A DNA stretch of 64,000 nt from Utricularia gibba (Eukaryota > Plantae > Magnoliophyta), in assembly GCA_002189035.1 (NCBI GenBank), contig CM007990.1, forward strand, positions 372,001 through 436,000, given 5' to 3'. Both the position numbers and the translations under genes were made by a program. The notes beneath the pieces are model-generated. The model worked only from the letters and a program-made list of their open reading frames with translations, did no database searches and was not told the DNA's origin. Shown here in pieces: positions 27,523-38,546 of the stretch. Positions within the stretch are counted from its first letter, which is position 1. Every line of letters starts with the position of its first letter.

Positions 27523-29732
27523 TCAAACCGCCGTCAGATTCGAGAAAAACGGGAACCCTGTCGCCGGCAGCCACTGGCTCCCCTGAATGAAATTCCCGAC
27601 GGTAAACTGGCTGGCCTCTAGGGAGCTGTTGATAACCCGGTAACCGGGCCAACTAACCCTAGCACTGGTGTTCGAACCGGGCCCCCGGTTCATATACTCG
27701 CCATAGTACAGCGTGGTTAGGGCGAAATCGCCGTCCCAGGGCATCCACCCTTTGGGGTCCACGACCTCCTCCATTTTGGAGAGCAAATACACCGTCCGGG
27801 AGTAGGCTTTCCACGGGCGGCCTAAATAGGTCTGGAATTGGGAGAGCACGGGGAGGAGATCCGCGGCGGCGGCGACTTTGCAGTTGAGGATCGAGATCCC
27901 GGTGTTCTGATTGGGATCCTCCCGCCCCTGCGCGGTGAAAATGTTCTGCTGGTTGTCCAGCGGGCGACGGGCGTAGAGGTTGCTGTTCTGAAACACCACG
28001 GCGGCGTTTCCGAAGATGAAGTCGATGGTGCCGTAGACGTCGCACTCGCGGTAGAACTGGCGGAGGGAGTGGACGTAGAGCGTGTCCTGGTACCCGACGA
28101 AGCTGCACTGGTACACCGCCGTGAAGTCCGCGCCGCTGCGGAAGGCCACGGCCTGGTGCTTCGCCGGGCCCGCGTAGTTCTCGATCGTGATCCCCTTGGC
28201 CATGAACCCATTCCCCACCGCCGCTTCACAATCAAAGGGAACAGTCAAGCATCAGTAAGTCATTTCCAGTCTTCCCTGCATATCAAGGAGTATTCCATTT
28301 TCCGTACCACGTCTTCTTCATCCCCAGAGGGGTGAAAAGGACAAGCCATTGGAATAACGTCCACCTACCCAGTGGTCTGATTTCTCAAGGCAATTAGTTT
28401 AGATAGTATCCCGCTTATGTATAAGAAACTTAGTCACATTTTCACGATTAAAAGGTTCATTAATTCCACAATCCTCATTGCCCCCACGGCGAAGCTCATA
28501 CTAAACCTTTTTATTTTTTCTGGGCTACGGCTACCCCTGCTTTAATAGCATAGATCACGTCCAAAAATTTGAAGAAGGAAAAAGGATGCAGACTCATTAA
28601 AGGCACGTGCGTTGCTTCTCCTAGCACGGACTCGTGATCTATCTACTACGGCATTTTATACGTTATCAGGAAAGATTTTTTTTGGTGTGAGATTAATTAC
28701 GAATAAAGATGAAGTGCAGTGGTTGTGTGATTAAAAGGAGAGGGATTACTAACCGACGGTGGCTGATCGGAAGGTAGTCCAGCCGTCGACGACGTTCCGA
28801 TTTCCTTTGATCAGAGTTCGTCCGATTCCATCTCCCAGTAACATTATCATCGTCTTTCTTCCAGGAACTTCAACGTACTCGTAATACGCCCCTGATTTGA
28901 TGTAAATCACGAACCTCGTGTTGCTATTGTTGGGGGCGGCGTTGAGCGCGTCGTTGATCGTCGTGAAATTCCCGCTCCCGTCCTTGGCAACCACCAAATC
29001 GTAGCGCGTTTCGTTCGTCGGAAGCTGCAGCAGTCTCCTGTCCTTCTTCTTCAACCAGATCGGAAATCCGGTTTCCTCGACATCCAGAACGGGATTCTCG
29101 TTTTTCCGGCTGCGTTTCTTCAATTTTGTCACCATTGCTAGAGCATTACTCGCGTGGCGTGAGATCTTCCTCACTCTCCCTTCGATTAACCGGCGCGTGC
29201 CGTTGTTGCTATACGACAATCCATCGAGGCAAGTGTACTGATTCGTCATCGCACCGCTGAGGAGCGTCACTACGTCGTCGAAGTACTTCTCCGGCGAGAA
29301 GAACGCGTTCAGATCTGCAAGGATTTTCGTCAGTTCCGCGGCGGTCTCAGAGAAGAGCTCCAAGCAATCGTCTAGCGCGTGAAGCTCAAGGGGCCCCAGG
29401 CTCCTAGTCAGCCTCCGCCGTAAGCCGCTGCAGTTTCTGGAGGCAGCGTCAACCTCCTTCATGGTAGCGTCGACAGTGGCGGCAACTACCTCCGGCAATG
29501 TCTTCTGCCGGAGTTGAGGCAGGGTAGCTGCGACTGTGGACTCGCAGAGATCCGTGTACAGAGTGCCTTCGCATGCCGATTCGACAACAAGAGCGTGCTG
29601 GAAAACGTGAAAATCACCCGGAGCTTCTGAAGAATTCTCCGGGAAAAACTTGGAGCAGGAGCAGAAAGAAAACAGCGACGTAAGCAACAGGAAGCACAAG
29701 GGATACAGAGTCATGGTCATACGCGGCGACAT
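27523..29732 (-). CDS. Pectinesterase with N-terminal PMEI pro-domain (group 2/type I PME)
   Basis: Two exons (29732-28754, 28223-27523). Has a signal peptide, a PMEI pro-region ([25 protein letters not shown]), an RRLL processing site and catalytic motifs [31 protein letters not shown]. Confidence 0.96.
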
Positions 29733-30044
29733 TATGAGGGAAGGAACAAGATGCAGTGGGGGGAACCTGAGCGGATGCCAGCTTTTGTACTGGAAGAAAA
29801 ATTCAGTTTTTTTTTCCCGTATATAGAAGATAAAAAGAAAAAAAAACTCTCGAAAAATCTTGAAAGACTCCCGTGTTACCCGTCGTCGAATTGAAGGCGG
29901 CCCAGAGATTTCGCAGCATTCAACCTGCCAAGACTCTAAGCCTCAACATCGTCAACGACGATTCATAACCTTATATCTACCGGGACAATGAATTCTTGTG
30001 GAAAAAAAAGTAAGAAGCACGAAAATCGAAAGATCCGTACCACA

Positions 30045-30735
30045 ATGTCTTCCAGGTTGTTTCTGATAGTTTCCGTGCTCTTTGGGTTATCCGTCGCTGA
30101 GGAGCACCTCCTCCGCATCCCTCCGCAGCCGATTCGATTACAATCTGGACAATCATCCAACGAGCCTCTGATTCAATCCGCTTGTCGCACAGCCGGGAAC
30201 TACGAGTCCGACTGCGCGTCGGCACTCGAAGGCGCGTCGAAGGCGCAGAAAACCGACGCCAATGGCCTCTCCATCTTCGCTCTCAAGTAGCTTCTACATC
30301 CAGATACGAAAGATAAATCGGCGTTTCAACTCGTATATCTGATTTTATCTTTTCCGAAGGTACGTGGAAGATCACGCGGTTAATCTCACAGCAGATATCA
30401 AGAAATCAAGCTCTATCGCGAACCTATCTCCTTCGCTCCAAGCCGCGCTCATCGAATGTATGGATCAGTACACTCCACTCGGCGATCTAATCGAGGATGC
30501 AATCAACGCTGTGCTTGCGAACGTGTACACTGACGCGCAGACCTTCATCGACGCGGCCGTGTCGAACATCGCCGTTTGTGACACGAAGCTGAAATCGAGC
30601 TCCGGCGCGAGCTCCAAGGCGGGAAAGGGACATGGGCCTGATGCGCAACTAGCCACAAATTTGAACGAGTACAACTGCTTCCTCAAAAGCATGCTCCACG
30701 CGGCCAACAATGTCATTAAACCAAGTAAAAAATAA
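30045..30735 (+). CDS. Secreted PMEI / invertase-inhibitor domain protein
   Basis: Signal peptide MSSRLFLIVSVLFGLSVA and four family cysteines (SAC..C, EC MDQY, IAVCD). A 73-nt GT-AG intron (30287-30359) joins ORFs 29988-30290 and 30364-30735 in frame (..IFALK-YVEDHA..). Confidence 0.8.
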
Positions 30736-30948
30736 AAACCATATACTTAATAGCCTTTAAAATAATCAATTGTAATTAAAATTATATTTTGGGCCAAAAG
30801 CCTGATAATAAAATCTATGCTTTTATAATAAACCGAAATTGCACGTGTACAACTCACCATCCAGCTGCCGGAGTGACCGCCGACCGGAATCCAAACGGTA
30901 TAAACATCGGAATCATAACCTGAAGGAAGTCAATGAGTCTCCTCCGGC

Positions 30949-31419
30949 ATGGCCTGCACTACGCCACTCATCTTCTCGTGCTTTACCACGTTCCTTCTCC
31001 TATCGGCGGTGACCGGTAACGGGGAGCCATCCCCGTATGAAGCCCTCCAGAGATACAATTTTCCGGCGGGCTTGCTCCCCCAAGGCGCCAACAGCTACCG
31101 CCTCAACTCCTCCACCGGCGAGTTCTCGGTGTACCTTAACGGCTCATGCAGCTTCACGCTAGACAACTCATACAATGTCATTTACAAGGAGGAGATCAAG
31201 GGTGCGATTTCCCGGGAACGCCTCCGGCGGCTGACGGGGATCAGCGTCAAGGTGCTCGTGGTGTGGCTTAACATCGTGGAGGTCGATCGGAAACACAATA
31301 ACCTTGAATTCTCCGTGGGTGTAACGTCGGCGAGCTTTCCGGTGAGTAATTTCAATCGAAGCCCACGGTGCGGGTGCGGGTTACAGTGTGAAGAGGAGCA
31401 AGATCACTCTGCTTCTTAA
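30949..31419 (+). CDS. DUF538 family secreted protein
   Basis: Intronless 156 aa with a signal peptide, then YEALQRYNFPAGLLPQG, GISVKVLVVWLNIVEV, LEFSVGVTSASFP and a CGCG tail, typical of plant DUF538. Confidence 0.9.
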   Translation: MACTTPLIFSCFTTFLLLSAVTGNGEPSPYEALQRYNFPAGLLPQGANSYRLNSSTGEFSVYLNGSCSFTLDNSYNVIYKEEIKGAISRERLRRLTGISVKVLVVWLNIVEVDRKHNNLEFSVGVTSASFPVSNFNRSPRCGCGLQCEEEQDHSAS

Positions 31420-31684
31420 TGGGATCTGACCCCATGAGTTTCTATCTTGAATAAAAACGATCGCTCCTTCTTGTTGTTGCAGAACACTTGATAAATGGAA
31501 TGCAAAACGATGAAGGGTGAAGTTCCATTAAAACAGCAGAACACACGAGAGAAACCGGAGGAAAACAACTCTCAATTGTCTGATAATGTTGAAACAAAAA
31601 GGATCACGATAAGTAGTAGCTACGATGGAGCGAAAGTACCCCACAATGAAGTTGCAAATGATCCAACGGAAAAGATTAGAGACC

Positions 31685-32734
31685 TTAGACCCTGAACCCT
31701 CTGCTGTTTCTTCTTCCTCTCGCACGTTCAAATTTCCTTCCCTTTGATCTCACATACGGCTTAGTGTGACTATGAGGCACACCAGGAGCAGGCCCAAAGT
31801 GCCTCACTGCTTCGCGGGCACTGCGAGAGCCCTCAGTAGGACCTGCTCGACCACAGTATCCACATTAAGCAACGTGCTCAGGGAGAAGTTAAAATTGAAA
31901 CCCATGAGGGAAGAGTGAAAATAAACTGAAAAAACGGTAGCTGGTGGCCAGATCCATGGTTATCAAACGATGACTAAATTCCAATGGTGATAAGAAACAA
32001 GAGTGCTGATGGAGTAAATTCAATTTTTGGGACACGAAAAAAGAGAACTTGAAACATTAGAGACGTTACCGTGTTCTGCCCGAGAGGAGCTCTAAGAGCA
32101 AGCTGATCAAAAGTTAGGCATTCCCCACCAGCATTCTCAATCCGAGCCCTTGCGGTTTCGGTGAACCTAAGTGCTGCAACCTTAAGAGAAGGCACTTCAT
32201 GGACCCTGACATCATCTGTGATAGTTCCAACAAGAACCGCAATCTTGTCCTCCTGGGATCAGACACCGCCGTATAAGCACGGGAGGAGAGGAACACATAC
32301 GCCCAAAAGGAACAGAGTTTTATGAAGAAAAAAGTGTGTTAGAGCAAAAAACCTTGTTCTTCATATGATGAATGAGGCGTCCAAGAGACAGCGGGGGCCT
32401 GTTAACCCTACTCATGAACAACCTTTTGAGCACAACCGCATTAAATCTACTGCCGGTTCTCCTCTCAAGGAACCGATACAGCTACGACACCAAACAGCAA
32501 ACAAATCAGACACTTCCACTACAAATCCAGCATCAAAATTCAAAAATAACCGAAGCAAACCTTCACTAAGAGCTTGATGTAGATATCATTTGATTTAGGC
32601 GCGGTTCGCCTGGTCTTCTTGCTCTTACCTCCGGCAACCAAATCGATCCCCTAAACCAGAACAAATAACGCATCAATTGAACAAACTCTCAAGGAAACGC
32701 CTGCGGATCCAACACCACCACGGCGGCTTACCAT
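31685..32734 (-). CDS. RPL18: 60S ribosomal protein L18 (eL18)
   Basis: Five exons: M|[30 protein letters not shown]|[24 protein letters not shown]..|[17 protein letters not shown]|[48 protein letters not shown]. Apparent 1-nt deletion at CCC 31830-31832. Confidence 0.95.
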
Positions 32735-33327
32735 CGCTCCGCCTCGCCTCCTAGCTCCGCCTCCTTTTCATGCTACGAAGATCTGTACTTATACTAGGGT
32801 TACTGGACGCCGCTTCCATTGGGTATTCTGTTGGGCCTAGGCTCGCTTACTATTTCTCGTCAACGGGTCGCGTTTCGTGCATTGGGCCGTTTACCACTTT
32901 CATCGTATATGCCTTTAACTATTTATTTGGGTCAATTCGTTTAATCGAATCATTTTTTTATATCAATATAAATTATTAAAAGAATTCAAAAAAAACCAAT
33001 TGGTAATTTTAACATATTTATTCAATTTTCTATTTTTGAACTTAAAAAATACTTTCTCAATTTACATTATTTCTCAAAATCCAAATTCCTACAGTGTGTA
33101 GATTTCACATAACGCCCCTGCTTGAAATCCTCGTCCCCAAAAACTCAGGCTTGCCTGAAAATCTGGAAAAATGCCATCTTTTCCAAAGAAAGCCCATTGT
33201 TGTTAGGAGTGTGAAAACTCCTTAAGAAATTTGTTCACGACATGGAGATAACTGGGAAATCAAGAATCTCGATGGAAAGACTTGGGGACTGACAAAGGGA
33301 TAAGAAACTGAAGCACAAACCCACAGT

Positions 33328-34090
33328 TTAATCTTCTTCCTCCGCCTCTTGCTCGGCAATGTTGAAATACCGGAGTTCATAGACACTGCGGTCTTTGTTT
33401 GACGCAATCACCCGAAGCCAGTCTCGCACGTTATGCTTCTTCAAGTACTTCTTTGTCAAGTACTTAAGATACCTACAAAGGGAATCAGCAATCAGAAAAA
33501 AAGGATGAGCTTGAAGAGAAACAACAAATGGCAGAAGATCATGCACATGAACCACCCCACAGGTTCATTCAACACAGGTACATTGACAGTGGCCCAACTA
33601 GCATATTCAAATGGGAGCTTCACTATCCCTTCAATATCCTCAAACTCCTACATTTCACAGAATAGAACAAGCTGAATATACACATTGGTATTGCAATGCA
33701 TCCCCATAGACCGGCAAACAAAAAGCATGCTTCTCATGTACCTTCAAAAGGCCTGAATTTACTGAATAAGATGTGATAACTTGTGATGCAAAGTACCCAT
33801 TTACCCAAGTATTCCACATTGTAAGCTTGAAGTAAGCCTTGATACGAAGACTATTACCTTTTGGAGAAAGCGGAGTCGGCGGTGACGGAAATCTTGTTTT
33901 TCTCACGGGAGATCGTGATAGCTTCACCGAGAGCCCCAGTTTTGCCACCGACCTTGATTTTCTCCTGGAGGAACTTCTCGAGAGAAGCAATTTCCATGAT
34001 CTTATCTTCCACCGGCTTCGAGCAATCGATGATGAACGTGGCGCTCTTCTTCTTCCCGCCCTTCGCTCCGGCCACCGCGCCTTTACTCAT
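33328..34090 (-). CDS. RPL22: 60S ribosomal protein L22 (eL22)
   Basis: Two exons (34090-33858, 33472-33328): [47 protein letters not shown]|[38 protein letters not shown]. Confidence 0.96.
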
Positions 34091-34489
34091 CTTCGCTCTG
34101 TCGATCGCGGACGGCAAAGAATCGACAACTTTCGCTGGGTAAAACTCCAAAGACTTCCTCCCCTTCTAGGGTTTTATTGGTCAAAACGAAGTTTACTTGG
34201 GCTGGGCTTCACTTCTTAGAGGGCCTATCTACGGCCCATTGGTTCCACTTCATTCTGAAATTCCCAAATTCTGGCATCGGGGTTTTTTCGAAAACCCTCG
34301 CACGGAGCTCGATCTTCCGCACTTTAGTTGGTGAGTTTCGCTCTTAGTTTTCTTCTATATCACTTAGCAATGACCTGTAGATGCTGGAATGTGAATCTTA
34401 ATCCTTTCATTCCCAAAACATCGGTTTCATTTTCAGGAGCGTAATCCCCGGCAGGTTTTGCTTGAGTCGTCGGTTTTTTCAGAATCAAA
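34091..34489. promoter_or_regulatory. Shared divergent promoter of RPL22 and SmD2 with telo-box and site II motifs
   Basis: TAGGGTTT (telo-box) at 34167-34174, TGGGCTGGGCT (~34198) and GGCCCA (~34233). The two ATGs are 400 bp apart; the interval also holds the SmD2 5' UTR intron. Telo-box plus site II is the known module of plant translation/RNA-processing gene promoters. Confidence 0.65.
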
Positions 34490-35471
34490 ATGAGGTAAGT
34501 TATTGGACGCGTTTTACTGTCACTTTCTAGTTCTCCGGTCTCCTCTTGCTTGCAATGTTTCGTTGTTGTTGGGTAGCCTTTTCATTTCGTTGGATATTGA
34601 TTCAGCTGGGTACTTTCAGTAGCTGCATGAATTAGGGTTATCTATTCTACTTTTTGTTATACATCGGGAGGCTTGAGTTAACGCATTTTGTAAGACTACT
34701 AACATTTTCTCCTGCTTCGCTCCTCGCAGTCGCCCCATGGAAGAGGACGCACCGGTACCCATTTCTTTGCTTGTTTGCCTCATGGGTTTTGGCACCGTTG
34801 ATCATTATCTGTATCGTGTTTCTAAGATGTTGTCATGCGGGGTTTTTTTTTTCTCTGTGCTGAAACTGCTCACCATCTTGTTGGGTTTGTGCCACCTGGG
34901 AAGTGCCTGGTGAAACCAGGCATTGCCCAAATGCTTGTTGTTCGTTTGCGGAATAAAAATATGTGGCTGTTGGAGCTTCACTAATTTGGTTCAAAAATCA
35001 TTTTCAGTCAAAGAATGAGGAAGAGGAGTTCAACACTGGTCCTCTTTCTGTGCTGATGATGAGTGTTAAAAACAATACCCAGGTGCGAAAGTCGTCCTCG
35101 TGGGTTCATGCCTTGAAGCATTATACTTCAGCATTCGAGGTTTCACTTTTGTTTTCTTTTGCCATTTGCAGGTGCTCATCAACTGCCGAAACAACAAAAA
35201 GCTTCTGGGTCATGTGAGAGCTTTTGACCGTCACTGCAACATGGTGCTGGAAAATGTGCGGGAAATGTGGACTGAGGTGGGTTCGTTGCTCCTTCTGTGG
35301 CCTATTTTGCGGTTACCCTCATCTCACAAACTATTAACTATTGATTTTCCATAGGTTCCAAAGGCTGGCAAGGGCAAGAAGAAATCTCTTCCTGTCAACA
35401 AGGACCGTTTCATCAGCAAGATGTTTCTTCGTGGAGACTCTGTTATAATTGTCCTCAGAAATCCGAAGTGA
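34490..35471 (+). CDS. SMD2: Small nuclear ribonucleoprotein Sm D2
   Basis: Five coding exons: MS|RPMEEDAP|[25 protein letters not shown]|[35 protein letters not shown]|[38 protein letters not shown]. Confidence 0.97.
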
Positions 35472-35758
35472 AAGGTTCGGACATGAACCCCCATCCCAGC
35501 ACATCGACTTCCTTCCCTTGTAATATAAAACTGAATGTTGCCACAGGTGGGCTGCCTTCTGTGACTGCTGCGATCCACCTCGTCCCTCGTTTGGCAGCAG
35601 GTCCCAGTCCAACTTTTGTAGACTCGTTCTCCTTTGCTTTCCTTAGTGAATATTTCTCAGAAAACTAGCAGTGTTCGTAATTAAACGTGCTGTGCTTCTC
35701 AACATGGAACTACACAATGCACAACCAAAAAGAACCAAAACAGGCTTTATAAACAAGC

Positions 35759-36450
35759 TCACCAGCTGCTGTTCTCTACCACCATCTTCTCTGCAGAGGG
35801 TTCCCATCCCAGCAATTCCTTGGCCTTGGTGATGTCGGGCTTCCTCTTGTGGGGATCATATTCTGTGTTTGGCCTGAATTCGATCCTGGCATTGGGTCAA
35901 TTGTGGTTTGGACAACCTACAACCCACGAAACCCTTGATTCTTTTCCTTTTCTCTTCCTCAACAGGCATGATGCAGGTTTGTTGGAGCTTGCTAAGCCTC
36001 CTACCGGAGCAAGCGCAAGCACAGTGAACTCAAAGGAATCTTTTCAGACAAAACAATGAATGCTGTTACCAAATCAGATTCCCCATAGCCTGAGAGTTTG
36101 ATCAAGTATCTTAGTTCCACTTCCTCACAACCCGCCCGTTGCTATCCACATTCGAGGTCCGTGCGTGTTGAAGATCCAGCAAGCCTCACCTTAATGCCTT
36201 CTTGGCACAACAAGAATTGGTAGTTTCTTTATTCTAACACCCTTGCCTACACCGTCTCTGTAAATCAAACGCCTCCGCCACTGCAGCCGCCCCATCAAAA
36301 GGAGCTCAAGCCTTCTGCAACTGGGATCACTTCCCATAACCGAAATCTATGCTTCACATTCATTCTATAAAACACCCAAATTCTCATGCATCGGAAAAGC
36401 TCCCCCTTTTGGGGATCCCATCTTAGTTCAGAATAGGAATATATCAACAT
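35759..36450 (-). pseudogene. UXS: Degraded UDP-glucuronate decarboxylase (UDP-xylose synthase, UXS2/UXS4-type) remnant
   Basis: Collinear fragments on the minus strand: VRLA-IFNTHGPRMWI-NGRVV (~36130-36200, two 1-nt deletions), YG..SDL|gt, EFTVLALA|gt (~36020), and ag|VVQTTIDPNARIEFRPNTEYDPHKRKPDITKAKELLGWEP (~35800-35915). No N-terminal half, internal deletions and a truncated C-terminus. The upstream boundary is approximate. Confidence 0.85.
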
Positions 36451-36713
36451 ATTGGTAGTATGTATCTCAATGGTTGGAAAAGCAGGGCACACAAGAGAGG
36501 AACTTTTCATAGCTCAGTGAGTCCACTCACACACAAAAATTCTACAGACAAACGAGAGGGCCAACTGTGAGAAAGTTCTCAAGTAAACTTGAAGGTCATT
36601 GCCGAACCTCACATCGAAAGAACCTATTTCCATACCTGTTGCCTCTACCGATGCCATCTGAAAACAAACAAAGGGGGCAAGCATTGAACATTATTCACAG
36701 GCAGCAGCATCTG

Positions 36714-37621
36714 TCAGATGGCATTCAGCATTCTCAGATCATGCTTCTTCCGGCGGCATCGATGATGAGCTTTTTGCAGTGAGTTTTCACCACCAGTTTG
36801 CATCCTTGAACCCGAATCTGTAGCAAAACAAGTAACCAGTTGTTTCCGTAAGAACATGATCCAAAAGTTTCTATCTTCCCGAGCAAAGAATGATGGACTT
36901 CACAACGATTATGTCTACTCCCCAAGACGCAATCTGTAGAAATCATATAGGTTTCATGTTAAAGATGAGAAAGCAATACCCCCAGCTCCAAGTTCGTCCC
37001 CCAGAACAAAAACCGCTGATCATCTTCTTCTTCGTCACCATATCCTGGTTCAGCATCACCTCTGTAACCGGGCTCACTTCCATACCCCGACTCATGAGCC
37101 TGATTGTCACCATTCCCAAATTGAACACATCCACTACTAGCATGCTCCCTATCCCCCGCGCCAGCTGGTTCCTTCTCCTTCCTCGAGTTCCGGTCGCTAA
37201 CATCCGACGCCCAGTTGGACTCGCCGAACAATTCCCCACTCGAATCAGTACCCCCCGCCGCCATCGGGAAATCAGAGCAAGTCCCATTCGCAGCGGATGC
37301 TCCCACGGAGCACCCCCTCCGATCGGAGCTCCGTCCGGACACGGACCTCGACCCGGCTCGTCGGCGGCGCTTCCTGGCGAACCAGCGGTTCCGAGCGGCC
37401 GAAACCGTGGTAGATCTTTCATCATCGAATAAGCTAAGCTTGGACATGTTAAGAATAGTGTCTATGCAAAAGGAGGATGTGGCACGGTCCGCCCTGCAAG
37501 GCCGCTTGCTGTGCGGGCCGACCGAATCGGAATCGGGAGGCTTCGCGAAGGGGCGCCAGCTGAACAGCTTCAGCGCACACGACTCCACTGCCGGCAGCAA
37601 ATCCCCTGCCCCGCCGCCCAT
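36714..37621 (-). CDS. Conserved plant protein of unknown function (At4g02425-like)
   Basis: ESC..LFSWRPF, KRPC.DR, ARKRRRRAGSRSVSGRSSDR, GTDSSGELFGESNWASDVS, ESGYGSEPGYRGD; short second exon (36817-36714) ..QKAHHRCRRKKHD. ATG at 37621. Needs +1 nt at C5 36998-37002 to splice in frame. Confidence 0.8.
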
Positions 37622-38546
37622 CGTCAAACCCTTATTTCCCGATCAATTGGGGCTCCACTATCTGCACCAGAACCCAGCACATGGGAAGATGCCAAATTTC
37701 ACGTTCAACGAATCCCGGTGCAATACAACGACAAATATTGTTTGCGTCGCTTCCGCATTTGTTTCCAACCGTTTATTAAATATCCAATAAATGCCAAAAT
37801 AATTTAATGACCCTAGATCAAATTACTCCAAAAAATCAAATATTCAAATTATTAACAATACATTTGATGTTTCAATATTTAATTCAACAATAATATACTT
37901 AAATATACTATTTTTATTTAATATTTTATGAATTATAGTTTATTTTTTATGATTTAAAAAATTATATACTCCTTTTATTAATAAAAAAAGATTATGAATA
38001 ACCTAATTTTAAAATTCAATTAATGACTTGAAACTTTAAAAATAGGAACAATTTTAAAAAATAGCCATTCCATCATAAATGTGTGAAAAAAAATGGTCAT
38101 GGATATTATACAAATTTTATCTAAATTCATGAAAAATATTGTCCAGATACCCACTTTTAAAATATCATTATGGTAAAATTTTTATCAAGAGTAATGTTAC
38201 TAAGAATTAAAAGCCAAACATTCGATTCATATCCGAATTATCAAATATCCGATAATTTCAAACATATATTATATTAACAATTTATATTCATAATTTACAG
38301 ATACGAATAATATTTTCAATTTTAGATCCATCCTGCGCGTGGGAACATTCCTACTGATCTCTCTTGAGATCATCCACGTCAAAAGGAGAGGAGACGACAA
38401 AACAGGTAGCAGGCATCCATCTCCTACAAGAGTAGTACTTTACAATGGAGACGACCGCCCAGCTGAGTGCGCTTGGCAGCAGGCCTGCAGGGCGTCCTGA
38501 TTCCAAGCAGACACGGCGCAAAAGGAGATGCAGAGGGGAAGCACAG

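Noticed and set aside
27659-28335. Overlapping ORFs 27659-28108, 27822-28235 and 27838-28335
   Set aside because: Alternative-frame and antisense shadows of the GC-rich PME exon 2; no recognisable protein features.
33839-34219. Plus-strand ORFs over RPL22 exon 1
   Set aside because: Antisense shadows of a clearly identified ribosomal protein exon.
36890-37807. ORFs 36890-37432, 36943-37425, 37215-37790 and 37511-37807
   Set aside because: Shadows of the GC-rich At4g02425-like exon.
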